64,000 nucleotides of DNA from Anaerolineae bacterium (GCA_015486845.1 WFQU01000020.1:13214-77213); one strand, 5' to 3'. Counted from the first letter of the stretch, positions 1-13,437 are shown. Notes: generated by a model from the letters alone, not told the origin. A program made the numbers and translations.

Positions 1-90
1 CGTCTGCAAAATCGCCCTACGGCGATTAGCATGCAACCTGCGCAGGCAGGTTTCGCAGTTGTAGCAGCGATTTCTAATCGCCGAGCTGCG
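1..90 (-). repeat. Dispersed repeat family R1, partial copy truncated at window edge
   Basis: Reverse complement of 1-90 reads GGCGATTAGAAATCGCTGCTACAAC...AACCTGCCTGCGCAGGTTGCATGCTAATCGCCGTAGGGCGATTTTGCAGACG. This is near-identical to 45388-45470 and 62531-62615. It contains several short palindromes: GCGATT/AATCGC, CCTGCGCAGG and CGCCGTAGGGCG. Confidence 0.7.
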
Positions 91-132
91 TTGATCTGCG
101 TCCCATTTTTATTTTCAGAGGAGATTGGCATC

Positions 133-579
133 ATGTACAAAAAGATACTTGTTCCTTTAGACGGATCGGATTTAGCTGAAATAGCACTTCCTCATGCCAT
201 AAACCTGGCGAAACAAAGTAATGGTGAAATGGTTCTGTTGGTTATCGTGCAAGCGTTGACCCCCATGGTAACGCCAGACATGGTAGCTATCGACACAGGC
301 CCGATCATCGAACAAATGACAATGCAGGCCGAAGCGTATTTGTCACACTTGCTGCAAAAATTGGAACCGGAGGTGCACGCTAAAAAAGCCATAGTGCAGG
401 AAACATCTGTAGCAGATGCCATTGCCAACTATGCGGCCGAAGCGAATGTCGACCTCATCGTCATGTCTACACATGGCCGTAGCGGCATCAGCCGCTGGGT
501 ATATGGCAGCGTTGCGGAGCGTGTTCTGCGTGCAGCGTCCTGTCCTGTCCTGCTAATCCGAGCCCAGAGAAATTCGTAA
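133..579 (+). CDS. Universal stress protein (UspA family)
   Basis: MYKKILVPLDGS...LIVMSTHGRSGISRWVYGSVAERVLRAASCPVLLI is a typical Usp fold with an ATP-binding C-terminus. The ORF-track start at 31 lies inside the R1 repeat, so the internal ATG at 133 is preferred. Confidence 0.8.
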   Translation: MYKKILVPLDGSDLAEIALPHAINLAKQSNGEMVLLVIVQALTPMVTPDMVAIDTGPIIEQMTMQAEAYLSHLLQKLEPEVHAKKAIVQETSVADAIANYAAEANVDLIVMSTHGRSGISRWVYGSVAERVLRAASCPVLLIRAQRNS

Positions 580-985
580 AGCTATAGATTAGTCTGCGGT
601 CCTTGTTGTAGCGTATTAGTGACAGATTGCTCATTCCAGTTTGCTGGGCTATAATGTGTTCGGGTTGCCATCCACATATCAACCCATTACAAATATAGAG
701 CCAGCTTCGCATTGGCATGATGCCCCCATTGATTGAGCATGAGTGGTGGCTGGAAGCCAACAGGATCAACCTGCATGACTTTTGTATCTTGTGCTCTCAG
801 CGTTCTGATATCTCATGGAGAACAGACGGTGCTGTGCCCTGGTGTCCTGTTTCTTCTTGCACAAAGAACGGATTGTTGTTTACAGCATAATGCATGACTG
901 TGACGGCAGTAGGAATGTTTTGCACTCGACGGCATCGTTACCGAATAACACGCCAATAACGTCATATCAACGAGGTCAAAGGAAA

Positions 986-1447
986 ATGCTCAACAAGAAA
1001 ATCTCTGCAATTATGAGCCAACCAGTCATTACCGTTGTGGCTTCTGCTCCATTGTTAGAAGCAGAGGCGATTATGGAAGAGAACAAGATTCGCCGCCTTC
1101 CGGTTATGTCCGAAGAAGGGGAATTGTTGGGCATTATTTCCCATGCCGATGTGCGAGAAGGGTTGGCTGCTGCCCGTGCTCTAAACCCTTACGATCCCAG
1201 CGTAGAGGAATTTGAGCAAACGCCGGTGGAAATGTTGATGACACCGGAGCCGGTCATTGTCAACAGTAATCAACCGGTGGGCCGGGCGGCAGAACTCATG
1301 TTGTTGCATCGCGTGGGGGCATTGCCAGTACTGGATGATGGTCGATTAGTGGGCATTGTCACCGAATCCGACATTTTCAGGATGGTCGCCGAGATGTGGC
1401 GAGAAACACACGCCAAAGCGCCTGCTCAGGCAGGAAGAAAGGCATGA
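986..1447 (+). CDS. CBS domain pair protein
   Basis: Two CBS-like segments are present (ITVVASAPLLEAEAIMEENKIRRLPV and AELMLLHRVGALPVLDDGRLVGIVTESDIF). ATG at 986 is preceded by GAGGTCAAAGGAAA. The long upstream part of the ORF has no similarity to anything. Confidence 0.7.
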   Translation: MLNKKISAIMSQPVITVVASAPLLEAEAIMEENKIRRLPVMSEEGELLGIISHADVREGLAAARALNPYDPSVEEFEQTPVEMLMTPEPVIVNSNQPVGRAAELMLLHRVGALPVLDDGRLVGIVTESDIFRMVAEMWRETHAKAPAQAGRKA

Positions 1448-1459
1448 GGAGCGCAGAAA

Positions 1460-2311
1460 ATGACACGGATTGCCATTGTCACGGATAGTACAGCGGGCTT
1501 GCCTTATGACTTATTCGCCGAAAACAACATTTACGAAGTGCCGCTCAATATTAGTTGGGGGGACAACGAGAGCTACAAAGACCGTGTGGAAATGGATCCC
1601 ACGGCGTTTTATCAACGTCTAGCCACCACGACCGATTTACCAACGACTTCGCAGCCTTCCATCGGTGACTTTGCGGCGCAATTCCAGAAACTTGCTGCGG
1701 ATTACGACACTATCGTCGCAGTACTCATTTCAGGCGACCTAAGCGGCACGGTGGATAGCGCTACAGCGGCGGCGGCACAGTGTGATAATGTTCCGGTATA
1801 TGTTATTGATTCCCGGTTCACTTCGCTGGCACAGGGATTTATGGTGCTGGAAGTCGCCCGTTTGCTAAGAGAAGGAATGCCTATTCCAGAATTGCTTCAG
1901 GCCGCCGAAACAATAAAAGGACGTTTAATCGCTCATTTTTTCGTGGATACATTAGAATTCCTGCGCCGGGGAGGACGCATGGGCGGTGCGACGGCCTTAA
2001 TTGGCACTACGTTGAAAATCCATCCTATCCTGCAAATTACCGATGGGCACATCGACATCCTGAAGAGAGTACACACGCGCAAGCGCGCCATTCAGCAATT
2101 GCTGCAGAGCGTCGTAGACCGTGTAGACCCGAACAAGCCAGTTCAAGTGGGCGTAGTACACGCTAACGATCTTCAAGGGGCAGAGCAGGTTGCGGCATTA
2201 GTGCAGAAGAGACTCCAAACAGAACGATTACTTGTCAGCGAGCTTAGTCCAGTCATTGGCACCCATGTTGGGCCCGGCACAATTGGACTATTGGCCTATC
2301 AGCGGCTATAA
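1460..2311 (+). CDS. DegV family fatty-acid-binding protein
   Basis: The N-terminus IAIVTDSTAGLPYDL, the length (283 aa) and the overall pattern match DegV/DUF194. Confidence 0.75.
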   Translation: MTRIAIVTDSTAGLPYDLFAENNIYEVPLNISWGDNESYKDRVEMDPTAFYQRLATTTDLPTTSQPSIGDFAAQFQKLAADYDTIVAVLISGDLSGTVDSATAAAAQCDNVPVYVIDSRFTSLAQGFMVLEVARLLREGMPIPELLQAAETIKGRLIAHFFVDTLEFLRRGGRMGGATALIGTTLKIHPILQITDGHIDILKRVHTRKRAIQQLLQSVVDRVDPNKPVQVGVVHANDLQGAEQVAALVQKRLQTERLLVSELSPVIGTHVGPGTIGLLAYQRL

Positions 2312-2360
2312 TTATAGCCAATGGACTGGATTGTTACGTGTTAACGGGGTGGCGTATTAG

Positions 2361-2825
2361 GTGGAGATTATGAACACAGGCGCTCAATTGCTCAAAATTG
2401 CCGTGGCCAGCCGTGATGGCTATCGTATTGCCCTGGATTTTACGTCCGCACCCCACTACGTTGTTGTCACCATGAATGCATTCGGTTTTATCGTCGAACG
2501 CGTCGTGCGTCCTCGCATGAATCGAGACCGGTTTGTCTGGGAATTCCAAGGCAAGCGTCGTGCCTGGCATAATTACTTCGCAACGCCCCAAGCTCGTCAC
2601 CTGATCATCGCCTTACCCATTGCTGATTGCTCGGTATTGTTACACCGTGGTATGCCAACTCCGTTGCAGCACGATATCGAGGCCTTAGGAATACAAGTCA
2701 TGTTAGCCAATAGCCCGAATATCGAAGAAGCTACCAATGCATATTACAAGTTACACACACAAGACTGGCAGACTTATTTTTCCGGGTATGATGATGACAC
2801 TTACGGCGGTGAACTACTAATTTAG
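2361..2825 (+). CDS. NifB/NifX-type (Nitro_FeMo-Co) domain protein, hypothetical
   Basis: LKIAVASRDGYRIALDFTSAPHYVVV and HRGMPTPLQHDIEALGIQVM resemble the dinitrogenase FeMo-cofactor-binding domain pattern. No nif genes are nearby. Confidence 0.4.
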   Translation: MEIMNTGAQLLKIAVASRDGYRIALDFTSAPHYVVVTMNAFGFIVERVVRPRMNRDRFVWEFQGKRRAWHNYFATPQARHLIIALPIADCSVLLHRGMPTPLQHDIEALGIQVMLANSPNIEEATNAYYKLHTQDWQTYFSGYDDDTYGGELLI

Positions 2826-2839
2826 ATACCAACGGCGCA

Positions 2840-3529
2840 TTAGGCCCCGGATTGATCACCAGAGGGAATCACAAACTGGTACCCCACACTTCGCACCGTC
2901 CGCAAGAATTGTGGCCGGCGCGGTTCACGTTCAATAACCTGCCGCAACCAATAAATATGTACCTCCAAAGTGCGGGAAAGCGTTTCGGGACAGTTGAGCG
3001 GTTGCCAAACAGCGCGAATGAGCTCGGAGCGGGGAAAAACTTTGCCGGGGGATTCCATGAATAGTTCCAACAACTTCGACAACTTGGGCGATAGCCGCTG
3101 GCTATGACGCGGTCCTGTGACCATCGATGTCGAACGATTAAATTCAATGGGGCCGGCGCGTAGAATATGGTGTGACGGCTGCGTCGTCAAAACACGCTGG
3201 CTGAGCAACAAAATGCGCTGCGGCGTAAACGGCGGCTTTAGCAGCGCCGAACACGATTTGCCAACACCAGGTTTCCGGCCAACAACGGCGATAACGGGCA
3301 AGAGTGGATACCGATCTTGTAATAAATCACACAGGTATCCTGCTTCAGTCGCTAAAGAGCGAAAATCCACAAACGCCAACATCGGCCGTGCGTTCGGATA
3401 GAGTTGCATCGCTTCAGCAAAAGAGGCAGCGGTGTGTAATTTAAAAAAGGTCGGATCGAAGCGGCCATCGATGTTAATGTAGCCTTTCTTCAATTGGCGG
3501 AGGAATAGCACTGATACGATTTTTTTCAT
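2840..3529 (-). CDS. OmpR/PhoB-type winged-helix transcriptional regulator with atypical receiver-like N-terminus
   Basis: The C-terminus LSPKLSKLLELFMESPGKVFPRSELIRAVWQ...TLEVHIYWLRQVIEREPRRPQFLRTVRSVGYQF is a trans_reg_C domain. The N-terminal region has the FVDF / PVIAVVG / LLKPPF spacing of a receiver domain but lacks the N-terminal acidic DD pocket. Confidence 0.65.
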   Translation of the reverse strand: MKKIVSVLFLRQLKKGYINIDGRFDPTFFKLHTAASFAEAMQLYPNARPMLAFVDFRSLATEAGYLCDLLQDRYPLLPVIAVVGRKPGVGKSCSALLKPPFTPQRILLLSQRVLTTQPSHHILRAGPIEFNRSTSMVTGPRHSQRLSPKLSKLLELFMESPGKVFPRSELIRAVWQPLNCPETLSRTLEVHIYWLRQVIEREPRRPQFLRTVRSVGYQFVIPSGDQSGA

Positions 3530-3965
3530 AATGTGATTATGATAGCTCCAAAGTGACTGCTCAGAATCCTCTATCGAACCACTTCAAGTTGCTGCCATTT
3601 GCCAGGGCGGACTTTTTAGAGCTACCAACGGGTAGCTCGGCCAATATTAACGCAGTTCCTACCTACTCCGACAATGTCAAATTACCCACGAAACAGCCGT
3701 ATAGGAACTTCCATACTATTAGCCGGGCGACCCTGGGTCCCCAGTAGGTCAGGCCACGCCACGCCTATAACATTGTCGAGCTACAAAAAGAAAACACCTC
3801 TTCTACATGTGCTTTCGCAGCGATGATATCTTTTCTGGGCAAAAAACATGACTGTTCAAGAGTCAAGTAAGTTATGCTTTAGGAAGAATAATTGCAACTA
3901 TTCGAGTTTCGACACTTAGCGACTGCAAACTAATTTAGTCAAACTACAACATTTGCTATACCCTG

Positions 3966-4991
3966 TCATAGATGGCGGTCTATAACAAACGATGCCAATG
4001 ATTCTAAAGCCTGGCGGTAAGCGTTCTGGGGCAAACCCAACAATGCCTGTTGTGCTAAATGAGCAAATCTCCATGCTTCTGCTTTTGCTTGTGCCAACGC
4101 ATCCGAGGCTTTGATTTGCTCGACCAGCGCGTCAATATGCTGGCTTCTATCCCGGAGCGGAACGGCAAAAACAGCCTCGACCTGTTTGCGCCCGCCCGAA
4201 TGCTGCATGAAGTAAAAAACAGGCAAGGTCACTGTGCCCTGGCGCAGATCGCTGCCTACCGGCTTACCAATGACCTTTTCGTCCCCAACAAAATCGAGGA
4301 TATCATCCACAATTTGAAACGCCATGCCCAAATCATGGCCATACTGCTTGAGTGCCTGTATCACACTTTCCGGTGCTTCACTGAGTAAAGCGCCGGATTC
4401 AGCGGCGGTAGAGAAAAGTGAAGCCGTTTTAGCATCAATCCGCCTGTAATAATTCTCCTTATCCTGGTCTATCTGTCCTAATTGGAAAAGCTGCTCCAAT
4501 TCCCCATTACAAATAATTGCTAATGTGCTGGCAAATAGTTCCATCGCCCGCATATTATGCGTTGCGGCCACCAATGTGGCAGAGCGCGCAAACATGAAAT
4601 CGCCGGTCAATACGGTTGCCCCCACGCTCCATTTAGCGTTCAAAGTAGGATTACCCCGGCGCAGCAACGACTGATCGATGACATCGTCATGCACTAATGT
4701 TGCCGTGTGTAGCATCTCGATGGCCGTTGCCATCAAATTAATCTCGTTTGGATCGCGATGAGCGTTGAAGTGCGAAGCAGCGATGGTCAATGCCGGCCGC
4801 AATCGTTTGCCGCCGCTTTGAATGAGATAGCGCAACGCGTCCCCTAAGGGACCGCGCACCTCTATACTGATCTCGTTCATTTTTCGTTCTACGGCTTCTA
4901 ACTCCGGCTGAACCAAGTCAATTAGCTCAATGTGTAATTTCTCTTCTTTAATCGGCATACCTCTCTGCTTGCTCCCGCAAAATTTTTTCAA
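3966..4991 (-). CDS. Polyprenyl diphosphate synthase (trans-isoprenyl diphosphate synthase family)
   Basis: The aspartate-rich motifs LVHDDVIDQSLLRRG and DDILD are present. An alternative start at 4958 (MPIKEE) is possible. Confidence 0.8.
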   Translation of the reverse strand: MKKFCGSKQRGMPIKEEKLHIELIDLVQPELEAVERKMNEISIEVRGPLGDALRYLIQSGGKRLRPALTIAASHFNAHRDPNEINLMATAIEMLHTATLVHDDVIDQSLLRRGNPTLNAKWSVGATVLTGDFMFARSATLVAATHNMRAMELFASTLAIICNGELEQLFQLGQIDQDKENYYRRIDAKTASLFSTAAESGALLSEAPESVIQALKQYGHDLGMAFQIVDDILDFVGDEKVIGKPVGSDLRQGTVTLPVFYFMQHSGGRKQVEAVFAVPLRDRSQHIDALVEQIKASDALAQAKAEAWRFAHLAQQALLGLPQNAYRQALESLASFVIDRHL

Positions 4992-5009
4992 TCTGTTGTT
5001 AACTTTGTT

Positions 5010-5828
5010 TCAAGCAGTGACATCCAGCGCGAAAAAAAGTTTCGCCGTTTCGGTTGTCGTTGCACAAATCTCATCCACACTTTTGCCGTACACCTTGGCA
5101 ATCGCCTCGGCAATCAGCGGTATGCGGGCCGGCTCGTTGCGCTTGCCCCGGAATGGATGCGGCGACAAAAACGGCGCATCAGTTTCCAACATAATCCGCG
5201 ACAGCGGCAATTGTGCCATCGTTTCTCGCAGCCCGCGATCATTCTTGAACGTGACCGGCCCACCCACGGAAAGTAGAAACCGGCGTGCTATCATTCTCTT
5301 ACCCATCGCCGCATCGCCAGAGAAAGCGTGCAATACGCCGCTGAACGCACGATCAGCCAACTTGGAGCCAGGGACGACTTCATCAGCCCAACGCGAAAGC
5401 AATTGTTCCACGTCGTCGTGCGCGTCCCGGTCGTGAATGATCACCGGTAACCCCAGCTCGGCTGCCAATAATAGTTGCTGCCAAAGCACATCCTTCTGTT
5501 TCTCCGCAGGCACCCGCTGCCAGTAATAATCCAAACCAATTTCGCCAATGGCCACGACTTTCGGCTGCCCGGCCAACACTCTCAGCGTACTCAACCCCGC
5601 ATCGTCGAAATCGGCACAGTCATTAGGGTGCACGCCCACCGCGGCATACAGCGCCGGGTAACGGGCGCTCAAACTTAACACGCGTTGGGCGCTGGCCAGA
5701 TCAGTGGCCGGATCAACGATATAACGAACGCCCGCCTCAGCAGCTCGGCGGATCACATCGGCCCGATCGTCGTCGAAGCGCTCCACATCCAAATGACAGT
5801 GGCTATCGATGCAAATCAGCGCACCCAT
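5010..5828 (-). CDS. tatD: TatD family metal-dependent hydrolase
   Basis: ICIDSHCHLD at the N-terminus and the overall TatD pattern. The start at 5828 (MGALICID) avoids running into the upstream gene. Confidence 0.75.
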   Translation of the reverse strand: MGALICIDSHCHLDVERFDDDRADVIRRAAEAGVRYIVDPATDLASAQRVLSLSARYPALYAAVGVHPNDCADFDDAGLSTLRVLAGQPKVVAIGEIGLDYYWQRVPAEKQKDVLWQQLLLAAELGLPVIIHDRDAHDDVEQLLSRWADEVVPGSKLADRAFSGVLHAFSGDAAMGKRMIARRFLLSVGGPVTFKNDRGLRETMAQLPLSRIMLETDAPFLSPHPFRGKRNEPARIPLIAEAIAKVYGKSVDEICATTTETAKLFFALDVTA

Positions 5829-5843
5829 TGCATCTCCGCCCAA

Positions 5844-7280
5844 TTATGCTAAACCGGCGATTTCTAAGCCTTCTTGCAAAATCCGGTGCACCAGCTCTTT
5901 CTTCATCGTCTCACAATAAACCCGAATAATCGGCTCAGTGCCGGAGAAACGCACCAACAACCAACCCCCGTCCTCCATGTTAAACTTGTAGCCGTCGATA
6001 CGATCAATGCTGACCACTTTCAGGCCGGCAATGGTCTTCGGATTCGCCGCGTCCATCCGTTTCTTGGCCGCCGGGCGCTTTTCGTTGGGAAAGCTGGTAT
6101 CGACGCGCTCGTAATAATGCGCTCCGCCGACCTCGGCGAACAAATCCGCCAGAAGCTGGGTGGGCGTGTGCCCCGTTTTGACCATGAAATCCAGTAGATA
6201 CAGCCCGGCCAGGATGCCATCCCGCTCCGGCACATTGCCCCGAAAAGCATAACCGCCGCTTTCCTCACCGCCGATCATAGCGTCCACTTCCAGCATCTTC
6301 GGCGCTACATATTTGAAACCGACGCCGGTATTGTACACCGGCACGTTATACTTCTTCCCCAATTTGTCCAGCATCGACGTAGTGGAAAGGGTCTTGACAA
6401 TGGGTCCGCGCTCGCCGCGCACTTTGAGCAAATAGAGCGCCAACAAGCCATAAACCCGCAACTGGTCCACGAACTCGCCATTTTCGTCTCCAAAACCGAC
6501 CCGATCCGCGTCCCCATCGGTAATCAAAACAGCATCGGCGCGCACTTTTTTGGCGTAAGCCAAACCGGCATCCACGTTAGGCGGGATCGGCTCCGGGCGC
6601 TTCATCTCCGGGAAGATGGGATTGCGCCGGTTGTGTACTTCCAACACCTCTGTTTTGCCGCCGGCCAAGATCTCCGTGAACCAGCCGGCGCCGTTGCCCC
6701 ACATGGGATCGACGACGATCTTCAGCCCTGCGTCTTTAATCGGCTGCACGTCGATGAGATCTTTCAAGTGTTCCAAATAGACGGCTTTCGGGTCGATGAT
6801 CGTGACCAGGCCAATCGCTTTCGCCTGTTCCAGGGGAATGCGGTGGGCACCTGCTTCGCTTTCCGGGATGAGAGACTCAATGACTTTCAAGCCATCCGGA
6901 TCGACAGCCCCGCCGTGCTCGTCACGCACTTTGAAACCGGCATCAGTGGGTGGATTGTGACTGGCGGTCAGGTTAATAGCGCCCAACGCATTGTGCGCCA
7001 CAACGTTGTAGGAAATAACTGGCGTGGGCGTCGCTGTTGGGCAAAGCAGAGCCGGGATGCCGTTGCCGGCCAGCACTTCCGACACGGCATCGGCGAAATT
7101 CTCGGCAGCGAACCGCTTGTCGTAACCCACCACCACGCCGCGTTCCATCTCAGTTGCGTCGTATTTGGCCAAGAGGAAATTAGCGAAGCCTTGCGTGCAG
7201 CGGCGCACGCTGGCGAACGTGTAATCCCCGGCGATGCGGCCTCGCCAACCATCCGTACCGAACTTGATGATCGCACTCAT
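5844..7280 (-). CDS. Phosphomannomutase/phosphoglucomutase (alpha-D-phosphohexomutase family)
   Basis: The active-site motifs GTDGWRG and TASHNPP are present and the protein is 478 aa. It is co-directional with gmd, so probably ManB. Confidence 0.8.
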   Translation of the reverse strand: MSAIIKFGTDGWRGRIAGDYTFASVRRCTQGFANFLLAKYDATEMERGVVVGYDKRFAAENFADAVSEVLAGNGIPALLCPTATPTPVISYNVVAHNALGAINLTASHNPPTDAGFKVRDEHGGAVDPDGLKVIESLIPESEAGAHRIPLEQAKAIGLVTIIDPKAVYLEHLKDLIDVQPIKDAGLKIVVDPMWGNGAGWFTEILAGGKTEVLEVHNRRNPIFPEMKRPEPIPPNVDAGLAYAKKVRADAVLITDGDADRVGFGDENGEFVDQLRVYGLLALYLLKVRGERGPIVKTLSTTSMLDKLGKKYNVPVYNTGVGFKYVAPKMLEVDAMIGGEESGGYAFRGNVPERDGILAGLYLLDFMVKTGHTPTQLLADLFAEVGGAHYYERVDTSFPNEKRPAAKKRMDAANPKTIAGLKVVSIDRIDGYKFNMEDGGWLLVRFSGTEPIIRVYCETMKKELVHRILQEGLEIAGLA

Positions 7281-7314
7281 ATTTTTCTCCTTCGTGAATC
7301 ATAAGAATATCTCT

Positions 7315-9287
<1,973 letters not shown>

Positions 9288-9325
9288 TGAGATCTGTGTA
9301 ACGACTTAGTTCTGATCAAACAAAA

Positions 9326-9421
9326 CGCTAATTACGCAGATTTCACGCCGACAAATCAGAAAGGATTAGCGAAAATCAGCATTTTTTCGCATCCTATTGC
9401 GGGACAAGCTGAGTAGTCACC
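9326..9421 (-). repeat. R3 element copy A (conserved ~95-nt upstream module), oriented toward rmd-gmd-manB
   Basis: On the minus strand it reads GGTGACTACTCAGCTTGTCCCGCAATAGGATGCG...GCTGATTTTCGCTAATCCTTTCTGATTTGTCGGCGTG. It is block-wise identical to copies at 12144-12241, 28971-29070, 62896-62977 and 45241-45338. Confidence 0.7.
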
Positions 9422-9507
9422 GATCCATTTATAACTCCGCGATTATACCCCAACCCGAATCAGGCAGCAAAGCATCCCCCGCCGGGATGGAAATACCATA
9501 CAGGTTG

Positions 9508-9546
9508 AAAAAAGTCGCGCACGAGAGCAATGTGCGCGACTTTTTG
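9508..9546 (-). terminator. Rho-independent terminator downstream of metK
   Basis: GTCGCGCAC-gagagcaat-GTGCGCGAC is a 9-bp GC-rich stem. It is flanked by an A-run on one side and a T-run on the other, so it could act bidirectionally. Confidence 0.7.
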
Positions 9547-9591
9547 GTCATTTCCGGCTGAGATACAGAGCGGTTATCACTACCTGTTTTC

Positions 9592-10806
9592 TCAGGCTAA
9601 GCCGGCTTCCTGGCGCAAAATTTCCGCTTTGTCGGTACGCTCCCACGGTGCGTCGATATCCTCACGACCAAAAGCACCGTAAGCAGCCGTCGGCTTATAA
9701 ATCGGCCGGCGCAAATCCAGGTCACGGATGATGGCAGCCGGGCGTAAATCGAAATGTTTTTCGATCAATTCGATGATACGGGCGCCGTCGACTTTGCCGG
9801 TGCCGAACGTCTCCACGGCCAACGAGAGCGGCCGGGCGACGCCGATGGCGTAAGAAACCTGCAATTCGAAGCGGTCAGCCAGGCCTGCGGCCACCACATT
9901 TTTAGCAATGTAGCGGGCCATGTAACTGGCCGAGCGGTCTACTTTCGTCGGGTCTTTGCCGGAAAACGCACCGCCGCCGTGTCGGGCTACGCCGCCGTAC
10001 GTATCCACAATAATCTTGCGGCCAGTGAGACCAGCATCGCCCATGGGGCCCCCGATGACAAAACGGCCGGTGGGATTGACATAAATTCTCGTCTCGTCGT
10101 CCAAATATTGCGCCGGCACGACTGCTCGGATAACATGCTCGATGACATCTTCTCGAATTTGTTCCTGCTCAACCGTTGGGCTGTGTTGCGCCGAAATAAC
10201 GACCGTATCCATCCGTTTAGGCTTCCCAAAAGCGTATTCCACCGTAACTTGCGATTTTCCGTCCGGGCGCAAATAGGGCAGGATACCTTCTTTGCGGACG
10301 AAAGACAACCGCCGTGCCAGCTTATGCGCGAGCGAAATAGAAAGGGGCATCAGCTCCGGCGTTTCGTTGCACGCAAAGCCGATCATCATCCCCTGATCGC
10401 CGGCCCCGATAGCTTCGATGGCGTCATCGAGTTCCTGGCCGTGTTTGGCTTCCCACGCTTTGTCCACGCCCAGCGCAATATCGCGGGATTGTTCTTTAAT
10501 AGAAACGGACACCCCGCACGTATCAGCGTCGAAGCCGTATTTAGCGCGCGTGTAGCCGATTCCCCTGATGGTTTCTCGGGCAATACGACCGATGTCCACA
10601 TACGTGCTGGTGGTTATTTCCCCCATCACCACGACCAAGCCGGTAGTGACCGCCGTCTCACAAGCGACCCGGGCGTTCGGATCTTGGGCGATGATGGCGT
10701 CTAAAACGGCATCGGAAATTTGGTCACACACCTTGTCAGGGTGCCCCTCGGTGACCGATTCTGATGTGTAAAAGAATTGCGGCGCTGACATAAATGTTGT
10801 TGTCAT
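9592..10806 (-). CDS. metK: S-adenosylmethionine synthetase
   Basis: Full-length MetK with the characteristic motifs GHPDK, GAGDQG and DTYGG. Confidence 0.95.
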   Translation of the reverse strand: MTTTFMSAPQFFYTSESVTEGHPDKVCDQISDAVLDAIIAQDPNARVACETAVTTGLVVVMGEITTSTYVDIGRIARETIRGIGYTRAKYGFDADTCGVSVSIKEQSRDIALGVDKAWEAKHGQELDDAIEAIGAGDQGMMIGFACNETPELMPLSISLAHKLARRLSFVRKEGILPYLRPDGKSQVTVEYAFGKPKRMDTVVISAQHSPTVEQEQIREDVIEHVIRAVVPAQYLDDETRIYVNPTGRFVIGGPMGDAGLTGRKIIVDTYGGVARHGGGAFSGKDPTKVDRSASYMARYIAKNVVAAGLADRFELQVSYAIGVARPLSLAVETFGTGKVDGARIIELIEKHFDLRPAAIIRDLDLRRPIYKPTAAYGAFGREDIDAPWERTDKAEILRQEAGLA

Positions 10807-10839
10807 TGGAAGATTTCTCCTCAGTTAGCTAAGAACCGG

Positions 10840-12219
<1,380 letters not shown>

Positions 12220-12241
<22 letters not shown>

Positions 12242-13209
12242 TTTTTCTTTGGCTCCGACAGGAGCGCTTCGACCTTATCGTCTCCGTACGTTTTTTCGTA
12301 ACGGTTGATGAACGCTTCGAGCGAATAGTAATGATTCTGTGGTCCCATTTGTTCCAAGACATAGGTAGCAGCTAAACTGCCGATGCGCCCGGCAGTGGCC
12401 CAATCCAGCCCACTATGTAAGCCGGCCAACAATCCGCTGCGATATGCATCCCCCACCCCAGTGGGATCGGCGGCAGTAATAGGTGGAGCAGGGGGAATAG
12501 AAATCTTTTCACCGGCATGGTAGATCAACGAGCCTTTTTCGCCTAACGTTACGATGACCGTTTCTGTCAGCGCCAGGATCTCTTCATGGTGAAGGCCAGT
12601 TTTGTTCTTGACCATCTCATATTCATATTCATTGGCGATGAAAATACGAGCGCCCCGGATGCCATCGATCAACCTTTCTGCCGAGAGACGCACTATTTGT
12701 TGGCTGGGATCGTAAAGATAAGGAATACGCAGCGTTTGGCACTCCTGGACGTATCTATTCATAGCGTCCGGATCGTTGGGCGAAATAACAGCCCATTCAA
12801 TCTGCGCTGTATCCATATCACGAAAGCTAAGTTCTTTGGCTTTAGCCATGGCGCCGGTGTAAAAACTGGCGATCTGGTTGTTCTCTTCGTCAGTGCTCAC
12901 GAAGAAGGAGGCAGTGAAATCATCCGGGATGACTTTCCAGCCGCTGGTATCCACACCGTGCTGAGCTAACCAGCGCCGGTATTCTTCCGCGTCTTGGCCA
13001 ACCGTAGCCATGATGATAGGATGTTGCTTGAGCAAGCTCAACGAATAAGCAATATTGGGAGCACACCCCCCACGCACACGGTGCATGGAGTCAACTAAAA
13101 AGCTGACACTGAGGTGGGCAATTTGTTCCGGCAAAATATGTTCCCGGAATTTTCCCGGAAAAGACATAATGTAGTCATAGGCGACCGAGCCGGTAACGAC
13201 GATACTCAT
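12220..13209 (-). CDS. PfkB family carbohydrate/nucleoside kinase, probable adenosine kinase
   Basis: MSIVVTGSVAYDYIM and the PfkB signature near the C-terminus (DPTGVGDAYRSGLLAGL). It is the first gene of the riboswitch-controlled ahcY-metK operon, which fits adenosine salvage. Confidence 0.65.
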
Positions 13210-13279
13210 TTTTTGGCAAACTCCTTTCTTTATGTCGCCCTCGCTAAAAACGTCCAGCGAGGGCACCGTGGTCCATGGC

Positions 13280-13437
13280 ACAAAAAAAGCTCCCCCGAGA
13301 GGAGCATGTCTTTTAGAATGCGCCTCCCTTATCTTTCAAGCAGTGTTGCCTGCCGGAATTGGCACCATGAACGCTTTGTTGCTGCGCTCCGGTTGCCGGA
13401 GGATCAACGGGCCGGTCCCTCCCCTCCTCTTGATAAG
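13280..13437 (-). promoter_or_regulatory. SAM-I (S-box) riboswitch with intrinsic terminator
   Basis: The minus strand reads CUCUUAUCAAGAGGAGGGGAGGGACCGGCCCGUUGAUCCUCCGGCAACC...GGUGCCAAUUCC...UGAAAGAUAAGGGAGG. This matches the S-box conserved blocks (P1 CUCUUAUC/GAUAAG, GGAGGGA, GGCCCG, GAUGA, GGCAACC, GGUGC-AAUUCC). It is followed by the hairpin GCUCC-ccgaga-GGAGC and UUUUUUU about 70 nt before the kinase start. Confidence 0.85.

Noticed and set aside
31-132. N-terminal 34 codons of the ORF-track UspA call
   Set aside because: This stretch lies within a copy of the R1 dispersed repeat. The conserved Usp domain begins at the internal ATG at 133.
3553-3747. 64-aa ORF in the 435-bp intergenic region
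   Set aside because: No RBS, no conservation signal and atypical composition. It is likely non-coding 3' UTR or promoter DNA.
6633-7304. 223-aa plus-strand ORF, and 7540-8112 plus-strand ORF
   Set aside because: Antisense to the phosphomannomutase and gmd genes, with no homolog-like features.
9754-10704. 316-aa plus-strand ORF
   Set aside because: Antisense to the highly conserved metK. GC-rich antisense frames are commonly open by chance.
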